From contig NC_057756.1 in the NCBI RefSeq assembly GCF_004010195.1, forward strand, positions 3,143,824 to 3,207,823: a stretch of DNA of 64,000 nucleotides, in the 5' to 3' direction. The position numbers were made by a program, and so were the translations under genes. The notes beneath the pieces were generated by a model that saw only the letters and a list, made by a program, of their open reading frames with translations, was not told the DNA's origin and did no database searches. Source of the stretch: Chiloscyllium plagiosum (lineage: Eukaryota). Shown piece after piece: positions 13,495 through 25,434 of this stretch (positions are counted from its first letter, which is position 1; each line of letters opens with the position of its first letter).

Positions 13495-14600
13495 CTAGTA
13501 CAAAGGATATATCGAGATAAAGTAATGTCCCATCATTTTACACTAAACAGGAAACGCCAATGCCAGGCAATTCATTTATTTGAAAAATTCCTCAGGTAAT
13601 TTCCAGAGTCTGATGAGTGTGCGTATTGGAAGATCATGAGCTCGGAGTGCCTGAGACGAATTGTCATGTATTGTAGCATGTCAGCAGAGCATCAAGTCCA
13701 GTCTTTTCTCAAGCAAATAAAATTTTCTGCAGCATTGTCATGAGCTAGTTTCGTGATAAATGGAACCAAAACTAATTGATCAAAAAAGAGTGACGTATGT
13801 CGAAAAACTGGCTCTAATTGCAGGTGTTGAAAAAATAGCGAAAGTAAAATAATATAAGTCCCTGATATTAAGGGTAACTAGAAACAAAGTATGTTGTGTG
13901 GTCGGAATTTCGCATAGTTTCATCATGGGCACTGTATTCTTAACAAATGTGTCAAAGTATGAATAAGTTGACACCCACAGCAAATGCCAAACAACATTTC
14001 AATAGCTAAGGCCGACATTAGCGCTCAACCAATGTTTGCTCATTTTTACTTCTGATATTCATAATAGTATTTCGGGTGGATGGCTGTCTTTTCTAAAAGA
14101 ATAAATTGAATCATGTTTTACGTGTCATAAGAAGTAATTAACTTCTTTAAAAATTGACATTGTTGTTAAGGTGGTGGCAGCATTTTTGGATTAATAGCTA
14201 TCTAATAATACGAATGAGTTTGTTATTGCAACTTGTTTTATGGGTCAGAAAATCCTCATCTGTTGTCAACAATTGAACACCTTGATGTTTCTATTCGAAA
14301 TGAAGGCAACGAAATATTCAACATAACGCATGCTTCTTTCAAGTTATGTTTAAAAATCAGAAAATTTAAAATATTCAAATGCAGACATAGTCTTCAATAA
14401 TTTAACCCCATTTTTAAAAGAGAAATGGAACATAATGTTTAATGCATCATCCCGAATGTAATACCTTTGAATGTGTTTGAACTTAAGAAATTTCAGGATT
14501 GTTTAATATTGTATGAAGAAAGAAATGTGGGGGAGAAGTTTTGGTGGAAGTGGGGTTTAATTTTAGCATTGCTTTATTGTACAATTCATGATTATGACGA
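13495..14600 (+). pseudogene. collagen-like exon relics
   Basis: YK|GYI|EIK; GNA|NAR|QFI|YLK|NSS|GNF; GRS|*AR; RVT|YVE|KLA|LIA|GVE|KIA|KVK; CFM|GQK. Confidence 0.55.
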
Positions 14601-14688
14601 TACTGTGTTTCTTCAATAAAAAGTCACTTTCATTATGACAACGACAATTTTTAAAATGTAAAGTGACAATTATTTATCTTAATAACAG

Positions 14689-14747
14689 GCATCTACGAGA
14701 ACCATGCTTGATATTTCGATTTAACTTTATAATGTATAACTAAAATG
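14689..14747 (+). pseudogene. collagen-like small exon relic
   Basis: acceptor taataacag; (G)IY|ENH|A*Y|FDL|TL*|CIT|KM; donor gtaaaa. Confidence 0.55.
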
Positions 14748-14873
14748 GTAAAAGCATGTTAAAATACACTGACACTATTATCAGAACAGATACACAGTTT
14801 TAGGGCGTCGATTATGATACTTAATGTGAACTGTCGCATCATATTTATACCTGTTGTTTCTTGGTATTTGCAG

Positions 14874-15260
14874 GCAAGCAGGATGCCAAGACTTCTTTAC
14901 AAGTGAAATATATTCAGTCATACACTGAACACAAGCTGTCTGTTCAGTGTCGTTGAAGGATAAATAACAAAATACTTTCAACTCTATTTCGACGAGTTTC
15001 TTATCCTACATCATTACTCTGATATGTGAATTCTGACGTGATTAATACATAACAGCTTTCAATTGAATTAAAACTGTGCTGCTCAGAAACTGCTGGCGTT
15101 AACCAGATAAATGAAAATGAAGACCAAGTCTGTTCATAGATTTGTTAAAGGGAGAAATATTAATGAAAAGTCTCAAATTATGTGTTCCCTATCATAAGCA
15201 ATATTTATTCAGAGATCAATTACAACATATGTGGGAAATGCTAGAGTTATGGCCCAGGTC
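14874..15260 (+). pseudogene. collagen-like exon relic
   Basis: acceptor ggtatttgcag; (G)KQ|DAK|TSL|QVK|YIQ|SYT|EHK|LSV|QCR|*RI...GVN|QIN|ENE|DQV. Confidence 0.6.
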
Positions 15261-15267
15261 TCACCCT

Positions 15268-15840
15268 CTGACCTTATGTGAAGATGTTAGTGCAGACACT
15301 AACGTTTTCTGATTTTTAAGGTAGATGTCATGTGGATGTTCTGGGTGTGAATGCAGCTGGTCAAAACTATGGACTTTAAGCAAAACAAAATGTATTTAAC
15401 AATACAGAAAGGATTTAGAACAAAACAAACAGAGTTTAGAATAAATTGGCTATTGGAAAACTTCAAAAGAGTGAAAATGCCTTTAAACTAAGGAACTGAT
15501 CCAATACAATCACGTCCCTTAAAGACACACTGAGGCCAAAAGTTAAATTGAAAGGCAGGTTCTCACAGGCAGGAGTGAACAGCATCCAAAAACAACGGTT
15601 CTGACAGAAAGAGAGAGGCAGTCAGTCAGGAATCATTCACTGAAGCTGAATGTTTTTGGGGGGACCGGAGCATTTTGTGACAGGCACAGCAAAACCAGAA
15701 TAGAAAATACCTGAACTGGCCACACCTCTATCATTGTATGACTAGGCTCTTTATAGACCGCTCGGACGCTCTGCCTTTACAACTTCTCTGAAAGAAAAGC
15801 AAAGTTATAATAACACCACGAAAGTGACAGCATCTCCACA
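15268..15840 (-). mobile_element. probable solo LTR
   Basis: sequence resembles the reverse complement of the other Gypsy-type LTRs; ends ...gtgacagcatctccaca (TG start on - strand). Confidence 0.5.
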
Positions 15841-15844
15841 CTGG

Positions 15845-17200
15845 AGAATACTCAATACTTCGCTTTCGTATGGTCCCAAATTGATTGTTAAACTTAGATC
15901 TGATCGGAAGTCAATGGAGCTCCGCATTCTCTCCCGAAATAAAACATTTTAAAAAATTCTTTCACATTACAATAATTATTGGCAACAGTGATATCATTGT
16001 TATCCACATCCAACTTATTTACAAATCTAATTCGATAAGCACACAATCAATTGTGGGTATCTTCATGGACATCCCTAGGTTCTCTCATTAATTTCCTGAT
16101 GATTAGTAGATGCCTCCACCAACTGTGTTTGGGAGATTACTATACTCCTTACATTTCCCCGTATCATTTACCAATAGCCTTCTTTTAATCAAAAAAAGTC
16201 TCACAAATTCGGAATGAACATTATTTTGAACGATTACAAAAATATTGACTTCTAAGATTTTTTTTTTTAAAATCAGCTGTATTAAATAGTTACTGTAACA
16301 CAGCTGACAATTTAAGAACAGACCATCTTTCAATTCAACGCTCTCTCAGTTGAAACGTTTGGAGTAAGCAACATTTCTTTTGATGTCAGTCGTAGTGTAC
16401 AATCCATATTTTTATATGCCATCAGTTGATTTTAACCTAAACATTCTAATTTAAACAAATATTTTATATTTCGATGCCAAATTTTCTTTTATAAGGAGAG
16501 TTAGATATATTTTACTTGCACAGAGGAGACTGAAATTAAATTATTTTACAACATTAAGAACCATCAAATTAACTGTGTTCCTATTGCACAAAGAAATAAA
16601 GAAAATTAACACATTTAAGTCTAAATTTTTCAATATGACTTTAAATATTACGTCGAATTGTCTACATCCACAATTAAATTTCAGTCGTTTATCTCTCTCA
16701 GTCATGACCTCTCTTTTAACAACGTGATCAAAATCATTTTTTTGATGTCAGGTTTAGACCAGATATTACATTACTTTCCCAGATAACACATTGGGCATCT
16801 TGACTGCCTAAAAGCATGTGCACAAGCAATACCAACATTCATTTCACACGAATTTATTGTTCCCATTTCTAATTCTACAATTAGTTAAGTTACCCAGAAT
16901 ATGTTAGAATCAGAATTTTCGTTCTACCTTTTATTGAATAACAAAGTTGTTATTGCAGCTGAACTAAACCTGCCAAAAATCCTCTTATTAGAATGCTGAC
17001 ATGTTTAGAACTGTGGTTTACAGAAACTTCATTAATTTTCCTTGTGCCTAATCGAGTAGCAAATCTCATCTGATCCAGCACATCCAAATGGAGACAACAC
17101 GCATACATATGGTGATGTGCTCTCTGCGAATGTCAGACCTGTTGGCCAACTTGTGTTCGCACAAAAAAGCGTCGAGTGGACATTTCATCAGATTAGTTAT
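15845..17200 (+). pseudogene. collagen-like exon relics
   Basis: ORF 15885-16091 parses as DLI|GSQ|WSS|AFS|P|EIK|HFK|KFF|HIT|III|GNS|DII|VIH. Confidence 0.5.
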
Positions 17201-17315
17201 CTGTCGGAACAACAACGTTCATGTCATCACCTGAATCAAGAAGAGAGGGACAATAAACAGATTGCCCGTTCACTTTATCTCTGCTGAATAGATGTTTAAT
17301 GTTCTTGTTTGATCG

Positions 17316-17398
17316 CTGTGTGTGCATGTGTGTGTGTGTATGTGCATGAGACAGAGAGAGAGAAAGAGAGAGAGAGCGAGAGGGAGACAGAGAGACTG
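17316..17398. repeat. compound (TG)n/(AG)n microsatellite
   Basis: directly visible. Confidence 0.95.
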
Positions 17399-17494
17399 TG
17401 CATGGGTATATTTCTGTGGATGGAAGTTTTACCATGTATTGTTTCATCTGAACAATTCATTTCTGTTCACTTGCAAGAATAAGCCCAACTGTTA

Positions 17495-17782
17495 CAATAC
17501 TGACACTGTGGAAGCAGGCCATGCAGACCATCGAGTCCACACCAATTCTGAAAAACATTGCATTATGCCCAACACCCCTCACTCCATAACCTTGCATTTC
17601 TCATGACTACTCCACTTATAATGCACTTCCCTGGACACTACGGACAATTTAGCATGGTCATTCCATTAAAACTGCACAGACCAGGGCGAAATTGCAACCT
17701 CCAAGCAGGTAGTGAACGAGGGTGGGACTGACCCTGACTTCCCGGTGCAGTGAGGCAGCAGTGTAACTATTGCAACACTGTG
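17495..17782 (-). mobile_element. old HE1-like SINE
   Basis: cactgtggaagcaggcc...ggacaatttagcatgg...gtgaggcagcagtgt. Confidence 0.7.
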
Positions 17783-17885
17783 CCAAAAGAAAATTTCTTG
17801 GTCGGTATAGTCCCATGCTCATTCTTGTTTCTTTTTGTTTTTTCATTCACGTTCCTAAAAGTAAGAAAATGTGTTTGCCTTATAG

Positions 17886-17932
17886 AAAGAACTTTATGAT
17901 TCAATAACATCGGAAGAACAGTCTGGCTTTAT
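17886..17932 (+). pseudogene. collagen-like small exon relic
   Basis: acceptor ttgccttatag; KEL|YDS|ITS|EEQ|SGF; donor gtatgg. Confidence 0.45.
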
Positions 17933-18323
17933 GTATGGCACAATATTGCATTCAATCATAATCATTTCCACTTTGCACATGTGTGACATTTAAAAAATAT
18001 GTATGTGCGGAAGTGGAGACCAATGAAAGTACAGATGTATATGAAGTGAACCATTCAGTAGTAATCTAAATGACTATTATGTTGTTTGAGTCGATGAACA
18101 ATACTTATTCGAATCACAGATTTTCAATTTAACGTTGCTCAGTGTTTTGATCTAATCATATATTTGTTCAACCATATGACAGGAATGATTCCAAATAAAT
18201 GACATTTCTATTCTTCCTTTGTATGCACCCAGACGTCCATCAGCTCTAGTGGTTTTTGATCATTTGTTTTTTAAGAAAAACTGATCTCCAGTAAATTGAT
18301 GTTGATTATTGCTTTCCTTAAAG

Positions 18324-18452
18324 TTGCATACCCTTCAACGATGCAGTCGAACGACTTTCTGATTCCAACTTGGTACAAAAATTATCTCCTGCCTCCTTTT
18401 CACAACTGTCAGATTCAAAGATCTCTTACGTGATATTTGCACGTTTACTGTG
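18324..18452 (+). pseudogene. collagen-like exon relic
   Basis: acceptor ctttccttaaag; LHT|LQR|CSR|TTF|*FQ|L|GTK|IIS|CLL|FTT|V|RFK|DLL|RDI|CTF; donor gtaaaa. Confidence 0.6.
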
Positions 18453-18899
18453 GTAAAACAACTGCATTTTACAATGAGGGCTGTTTTGGTTGCATCATTT
18501 CTTTTTGCTCAGACAGTAACATTTAGCAAACCATTATTGTTTTAGCATCTGTCGTTTTGAATATTTATGCATAAAACTTGACCTCGGAATGTCTTTTAAA
18601 TTTGACTTAAACTCATTAGAGCAATTTCAGATATGTGGATACATTGCAAACATTTCTTGCATCGGTGCTACTTCCAAGTAGGTACACGTGCATAATGTAA
18701 CAATATTTTATCATTTTATTGGACTTCCGGAAAGACAGTAACATGTATTCTGGTCTCACTTTCAGAACGTTATTCTTTCGTTGAGGTTTTGCCCCGATAT
18801 ACAGGAGAGCATAAACTTTTGTTTTTCGACTATAGTTTGTCAATCTTTATAACTCAACTCCACCCACTACAACGAAATTACTTGCTTTCAAAATTAGTC

Positions 18900-20241
18900 A
18901 AAGGCTGTTCCAAATGTGCTTGCAGAATAGCATGACATTTTTTCACCATTTTCTAATGAGTAAATTCTGTGGAACTTTGGTGAATCATGCAAGATCTCGG
19001 ATGATTAACGATTTCTGTCCTCTGCTTGCAATTCCATTTAACCAACCTTCAGTTGTCTCCAGATCCCATGAAAGAAAATTAATTCAGAATAGAAAAAGTA
19101 AAGATGCTGATCAGAAATATGAAACTTTATCAACAGCTGGTTATTCCATTATACAATATAAGTTGATGGATCTTTTGGTGGAGCTCTCCACATATTCTGT
19201 TTTGAGATTTTTTTTCAATTATGTGATATTGCACCAAAGGATTACAAAACTCATTCTATGCATAGGACTTCCAGTTACTAGATCAAACACCTACGTTTTA
19301 TGTTTGTTCTCCAATGGAAAGATAATCAGCTATCATGATTATAATTATTAATCATTAAATTCACACCTCAGAAGTTGCAATTTAAAAAAAATGTCTGAAA
19401 GATAAATGTAAATGCCAAAAGTAATCTTGAAAAGTTTGGTCCTAAATTCTATTTATGTATTTTTCTTCCAATCATTTCTTTCTGCAGCAAGCGTGTTTTT
19501 CAGTCTTGTTTGCAATATCAAAATCATTGTATCGCAGAGAGGGAGAAGAAAAAACGCAATGACAGAATTTGGCTGTAATTATATTGTCTATGTTGCTCTG
19601 TTCAATTAAAGAAATGCCACGTTGTTTCAAAATTAACATATAAGGAAGCTTGAAGTTCGCCTGACAACGATTTCTTTGATATATATGACTTAACGAAATT
19701 AGCCATTCAAGTAAATGGATGTATTATATGAGATTAGAGATTAAATATGCTAATGTAACACCAGGAAGAATTTCTGTCCAAAACTCAGAAGGAAAGTGTA
19801 AATACACTACACCCTATAGTCTTTACAGATGGCTAGTCAGAACATGCTAGCATTTCGATTTGAAGGGCTTCTGCATGATGATTATCTCCTGAATAATTTC
19901 GAAGGAAATCATAGTTCATATATATTCCGTTTTAAGAAAACATTTGTCTAACGCATTATAATATTGCACCATTGTATTGAATATTTTAGTTCTTGATAAA
20001 ATGCGTTAAGTTTTCTACAGAAGAAAAAGTTACGTATATAATCAAGAACATACTTCTGTTATTATTTGAGATCAAAAAACATACTAAACAGGATTAATGT
20101 GAAACAGATTATGTCTTTCAAGATTAGATAATATTTATTTTAAAACGCATGAATGTTAACTTTAAAAATTAGACATTCTTTTCAGCTGACATTTAATTAT
20201 TGTCATCTTTCCAGAGCGACAACGTAATCTGCAATGCCGTG
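18900..20241 (+). pseudogene. collagen-like exon relics, including 19488-19574, one starting at 19829 and one ending at 20241
   Basis: AER|EKK|KRN|DRI; MAS|QNM|LAF|RFE|GLL|HDD|YLL; strong donor gtaagc at 20242; ORF 18914-19351 keeps triplet periodicity. Confidence 0.55.
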
Positions 20242-20281
20242 GTAAGCACGAAGCATTCCCTGCTCTCCTTATACACCGTGT

Positions 20282-20601
20282 GGGCGGCACGGTGGCACAG
20301 TGGTTAGCACTGCTGCCTCACAGCGCCAGAGACCCGGGTTCAATTCCCGCCTCAGGCGACTGACTGTGTGGAGTTTGCACGTTCTCCCCGTGTCTGCGTG
20401 GGTTTCCTCCGGGTGCTCCGGTTTCCTCCCACAGTCGCAAAGATGTGCAGGGTCAGGCGAATTGGCCATACTAAATTGCCCATAGTGTTAGGTAAGGGGT
20501 AAATGTAGAGGTATGGGTGGGTTTCGCTTCGGCGGGTCTTGTTGGTGTGGACTTGTTGGGCCGAAGGGCCTGTTTCCACACTGTAATCTAATCTAATCTA
20601 A
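20282..20601 (+). mobile_element. HE1-like tRNA-derived shark SINE, near full length and young
   Basis: gggcggcacggtggcacagtggttagcactgctgcc (A box)...gggttcaattccc (B box)...tail gtaatctaatctaatcta. Confidence 0.95.
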
Positions 20602-20923
20602 AACCTCGGCATTTCCTCTGTACTTTCACTTCGGTGGGGTGCTTTGGCCAAAATTCCAGCAATATGTCAGTCACAAAGACACATTGTCACCATTCTAACA
20701 AAATATCCACCTGTCTAAACAGACTTAAGAGGTCCAGCATTTGTTTAAACTACAAATGGTCTGAATATTGCCTCGTTCGGTGCGATTGCAGAATAAAGTT
20801 AATAGCAGAATCTTCAGTGTGTTGAATTAGTTCTAGCATTAAACACATACCGCAAACTGCCATTCTATGCTGATGAATGGCTCTATAAATTTCCTGAGTT
20901 TTATTTCGTGGTTTTCTTTTCAG

Positions 20924-21081
20924 ATGTTGAAGAACTCCTCTTGAAAACTAGTAAGCAAACATACATTCGAGGTTCTGTATCTTAATTTGTCAATTTGGTC
21001 TTGTTCCATACAAGCCATAAATACTTTTTAAAAATACATTGAAGGTCTATTTAATAGTTTGACCTGGAGGTATTTGTTCAG
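20924..21081 (+). pseudogene. small collagen-like exon relics (20924-20950 and one ending at 21081)
   Basis: ttttcttttcag then (D)VE|ELL|LKT then gtaagc; second donor CAG/gtaagt at 21082. Confidence 0.5.
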
Positions 21082-21336
21082 GTAAGTAGCTTTGTTCTTT
21101 GCAGCTAACATAAGTTGTAAAGCTTTATAATGATAATAAACCAACATTTAGAAGAATAATTTAGCTGTGTACTTTAGAATTTATTTCCCAGACAATGCCA
21201 ATGCCAAAGCTTCCACAATAATATCCCTTTATTAAAAAAATACACACTTCTTATCTCAAATCTAGGCAGCTTTCGTTCCTGTATTCGGATTCTCCTGTGT
21301 TTTCTTTTATTTTCCTTCATAATTTCTGCGTCACAG

Positions 21337-21528
21337 GTTACTGATCGAAAAATACTTTTAAGAGAGCTATTCTCAGGCAGCCTGTTTACAACTGGATTGT
21401 CAGTTCTCTTCTCTCCTGGTCAATCTTCTCCTGTCCATTACTCCCAAAACATAATCGGATTTTGTCATTGTCTTTCAAGATTTCTCATATATTCAATTCA
21501 AATAAGATTTGAATTTGGTATTTTTCAG
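21337..21528 (+). pseudogene. collagen-like exon relic with open frame
   Basis: acceptor ctgcgtcacag; VTD|RKI|LLR|ELF|S|GSL|FTT|GLS|VLF|SP|GQS|SPV; donor gtataa. Confidence 0.6.
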
Positions 21529-21578
21529 GTATAATTTAAACTGATTGGCCGAATTCGAATTTGTTTTTTTCTCTCCAG

Positions 21579-21988
21579 CTAATCGAGTTGTTTGACCAAG
21601 TATTAGGTTGTTGCCTTGTTGAGAACTGTGTCCAGTAGTTCTGCTGCTTTTAACTCTCTTAAAGTACACCCACATCTTCATATCACCTGGGCTTTTTTTT
21701 CAAAGCGAATGTAAAGGAATTATCGATGAAAGTGCTCAGAAGGGGAGTATTAAGCATGTAATCATACCATTTCTGGGCATTGCCCAATGGACAGGTGAAT
21801 CGACAATGTGACGTGAGGTTCACCTCATGAAGGTTCAACGTTCGAACCGTTTGTGATTTAAAAGTTAAACCTGTTGGAATTTAACCTACTGTCATCAGAA
21901 ATATAACTGTCCTGGCTGAGAATATTGCACACTGTACTATTACCAAAATGCCAGAGGGTCAGTCGTTATTTTGCAAGGCAGGCAGGAT
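21579..21988 (+). pseudogene. collagen-like exon relic
   Basis: acceptor tttctctccag; SP|GLF|FQS|ECK|GII|DES|AQK|GSI|KHV|IIP...GES|TM*|REV|HLM|KVQ|RSN. Confidence 0.7.
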
Positions 21989-21994
21989 GTAATA

Positions 21995-24720
21995 GTCGAA
22001 AAGTGTGGCGGTGGAGCAGCACATGAGTTACCTAGCATGAAACGGGCAGGGGAATCGACCTTTCAGGCATACGACCTTCATCAGGATTGCGTGGGGGGAA
22101 GCGGGCTGAGAGATAAATAGGAGGGGTTTGAGTCGGGGGGAGGGGCGAAGGGAGCCTGGAAGGCGACAGGTAGATGCAGGTGTGGGATGATGGTGATAGG
22201 TCGGAGCGAAGAGTGGAGCAGATAGGTAGAATGGAAGATAGACAGGTGGGAGCGTTCATGAAGGCCGTGTTTAGTAGGAGGATTGGATCTGTGATTAGGC
22301 GAGGGGAAGGGAGATGAGGAAACAGGTGAAGTTGACGCACATGCCGTATGGTTGGAGGGTCCCAAGGTGGAAGATGAGGAATTCTTCCTCCAGGCATCAG
22401 TTGGGTAGGATTCGGTGGTGGCATAAGCCCAGGACTTGCGTGATCTTGGTGGTAAGTGAAGGGGAATTGAAGTGTCATTCCAGTCCGATGGTGTTATTTG
22501 GTGCGTGTATGCCACAGAGATGTTCCTTGAACTGTCCCGCCAGTAAGCGCCCTATCACCTCAATGTAGCGGAGACGACATCAACATTAACAGGCACAGTA
22601 TATGGGTTGTTGAGATGTGCAGTAACATCTCTGCCAGATGTTAAAAGATCACTTGGGGCCTTGGATGGACGTGAGGAGGGAGGTGTATTTGCAGGTTTTA
22701 CACCTCTTGCGGTGGCAAGGGAACGTCCTGAGTGTGAAGAGTGGGTTGGTGAGGGGACGGGGACTGAACGAGTAAGTCGCAAAGGGAATGTTCTCTGCGG
22801 AATGTTGATAGGGCTGTGGAGAGAAATATATCTCTGGCGGTGGAGAGTGAATGTAGATGGCAGAAATGGTGGATGATTATGCGCGATATCTAGAGACTGG
22901 TGGGGTGGAAGGTGAGGATCAAGAAATTTCTAACCTTGTTGCAGTTGAAGAAGTGGTATTCAAGGGCCGAGATGCAACAGGTGGAGATGTACGGCAGGAC
23001 ATCGTTGAATACATGGGAGGGGAAATTGTGCTTCATGAAATAGAAGGCCACCTGGTACAGTCTGGATTGGATTTGACCCTCTTGACAGAGGTTATGGGGA
23101 AAAGGAAGAAACGAAAGGTTTGCACAGCTTCACCATGGTGGAAGGACATGCATAATGAATCACTGTCCATGGTGGAGATGAAGTTTTGGGGGCCAGAGAA
23201 ACGTAAACAATGGAGCGAGTTGAGGACATGGGTGTTGTCATGAATATATGTGGAGATTTCCTTGATGAAGTTGGCCAGGATGGTGGTATTATATGAGGAG
23301 AAAAGTTCGATGGGGCAGGAGCAGGTGGCAATGGGGTGTCAGCCGGACCAGTTTTGTTTGTGATTTTTTTTCTGTTTGAGGTTGTACCGTAGTGTGTGGG
23401 AAACCAAGACAATGAAGATGGAGACTGTAGGTTAGTGATCACAAAAAGTGATGAGGCTGTGGATCCTCTGCGAGATGAAAATTTAGTGATGTGATGCAAG
23501 AACATGTTTGAGGGGACAGTGGGAGGAGGTGTCCTTTGGTTGGCGTCTGGCTGCAGCAGTGCAGACCTCATAGCGCCAAACTACCATTGTGCCCACTATA
23601 TCCGCTGGCTTGTAGGGGATTTTGGGGTTGGAGTCAACGGAAGCAATTTGATACCATGAGATATGGGACTGGGTGAGAGGGATCGACAAATTGATGCAGT
23701 CTTAATCACGCCACAGTAGGAGATGAAGAGGCGAGGGTAGGTAACAGGTGAGTACAGGGTATCCAAGTGGATGGAGTATATTGGAGGTTAGAGCAGTGTT
23801 CCTTGAAGCGTGGGTGGCAGTTTTGATGTAAAAAGTAAGAACAGACGCAGACGCAGCTGAAGAAATATTCGATGTCACAAAGCAAGTGGAAATAGCTGAC
23901 ACAGGAGAATAGTGGGATTAAGGTGGTCTTTTAATGATGAGGAACCGTTCATTGTCAGTAAGGGGGAGGTCTGGGACGATATACAAACTCAGAAAGCGTG
24001 TGCCTCGGACCAGGTGTGCAGCTGAAGCTAGGGGAGGGGGCAGCGATTTCTCTGGAGTGGGTGTGGTCATGGTATCATTAGAAATATCATCAAACGAGGT
24101 AATGTAAACCGCATTGGTCAGGGGGTGAAAATGATGTGTTCTGCGGCATCTGCGGAGCTTCCAAAAGTGAAGTTTCGTGTGATGTTGCTGATATCAATGG
24201 TGGCAGTATGCTCCCCGGTGGGTTTCAGAAGAATGACGTGCATGGTGGCGGAAGTGGTTAAGGTGGGGGTAGAAGTGCCATGTCAGTCAGCCTTCACGGG
24301 TTTTTAGGCAGTTGTGGTTCCAACGTCGATCGTGGAGGTAGGATTACTACTGATAATCATGAAGGCACTGTTCCTGGCGGCAGTAGTGAAAGTGGTGTCG
24401 TCGACAGTCCGGTGGGCAGCGTGGGCTGCCTTGAAGCAAAAATTTGCAGCAGTGGTGGTATCTGTAGCAGGCGTGTGCCTACTGGCATTCAGGTGCATCT
24501 GGAGAAAGTGAGATGGTTTGGAATAATCAAGGAATCATGTGTTTGAAGGTATGTACGTGAGAGTTTGGTGTAATTACTAGAGAAACAACAGTTGTTGAGT
24601 GTGTGGATCCATCTCAAGATGAAGAATAGCAGAGATGCCTTGCAGGTTTTGGAGAGTGTTGCCCTGAGCTGGGACAGGCGGTGACGTCAAGGAGAGTAAT
24701 TGGCACCACATGACTGTGAG
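21995..24720 (-). mobile_element. Penelope-like retroelement (RT plus GIY-YIG endonuclease), degenerate
   Basis: minus-strand fragments with CP..GVKPA and PSKAPS..TSGRD, a GIY-YIG-like C-terminus (EFLIFHLGTLQPYGM) and a terminal cctgatgaagg motif. Confidence 0.8.
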
Positions 24721-24724
24721 GGTG

Positions 24725-24940
24725 AAGATGATACAAGACATCAAGCCAGTTTCAGCACGAGAGAAACATAAAAGAGATGTCTCAATCTTATAGATGCATA
24801 AAGCAGAACTACAAGTAGATCAAGGAACGTTGATATGAAGTCTGAACAAGGAAACATCGTTACTGCTCCAAGGGATCCTGAATATACTCTGCAGTTTATT
24901 ACATCATGAACAATTTAAAGACAAAGAAAATCTCATGGAA
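24725..24940 (+). pseudogene. collagen-like exon relic resuming after the Penelope insertion
   Basis: DMK|SEQ|GNI|VTA|P|RDP|EYT|LQF|ITS|*TI. Confidence 0.5.
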
Positions 24941-24944
24941 GTGG

Positions 24945-25432
24945 GAATCTTCACTAACATCTCCATGCTCCGTAATAGGAGAAGCCGAACAGACCATTTC
25001 AAAATACATGAGTGGGAATATTGCAACGAGGCATAAGAAGTGCTGAGAGAATGACCAGTCTCATTTTCTACAAATCTTTCTCTTAATTTCACCTGCCAGC
25101 TTTTGCCTCTTACGTTTCATTCGACTTGATATCAAGATACAGCTGAAGTAATTGCAACAAGTGAAGCCAACACACACTAATAACATTCCTTTAATAGTAC
25201 TGAAGATTTCGCCTCATAACTCGCCCCTCGAGGTCTTGCTCTTGGCGTGCAGATGCAGAAATGATAACTTTTTGTATCTGAGAGAAATTGTTAAGTTAAT
25301 CCGGTTGAAAATCTTTTAAAAAAAGATCACTCCAATCTATGCACACACTGCCTAATCATTTTCCTCTCGATAATTAAGGCAATGATGGAAGTTGTTATGA
25401 TTATTGCTTTCAAGCATGCCCTGTTGAGTACT
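24945..25432 (+). mobile_element. old non-LTR retrotransposon (CR1/L2 group) ORF2 fragment
   Basis: gatatcaagatacagctgaag...aacattcctttaatagtactgaag and the start of the RT domain (IIKAMMEVV). Confidence 0.6.
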
Positions 25433-25434
25433 AA

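Noticed and set aside
14689..14712. GIYENHA* as a tyrosine-motif terminal exon of an immune receptor
   Set aside because: The frame continues in collagen register past the stop to a donor, and no receptor exons are nearby
18914..19351. 145-aa ORF as a standalone gene
   Set aside because: No recognisable domain; it parses as an eroded collagen block that happens to lack stops
20282..20360. tRNA gene
   Set aside because: The A/B boxes belong to the tRNA-derived head of a SINE that continues into its body and tail
22032..24546. Cluster of long overlapping ORFs as host genes
   Set aside because: All are alternative frames of the degenerate, GC-richer Penelope element
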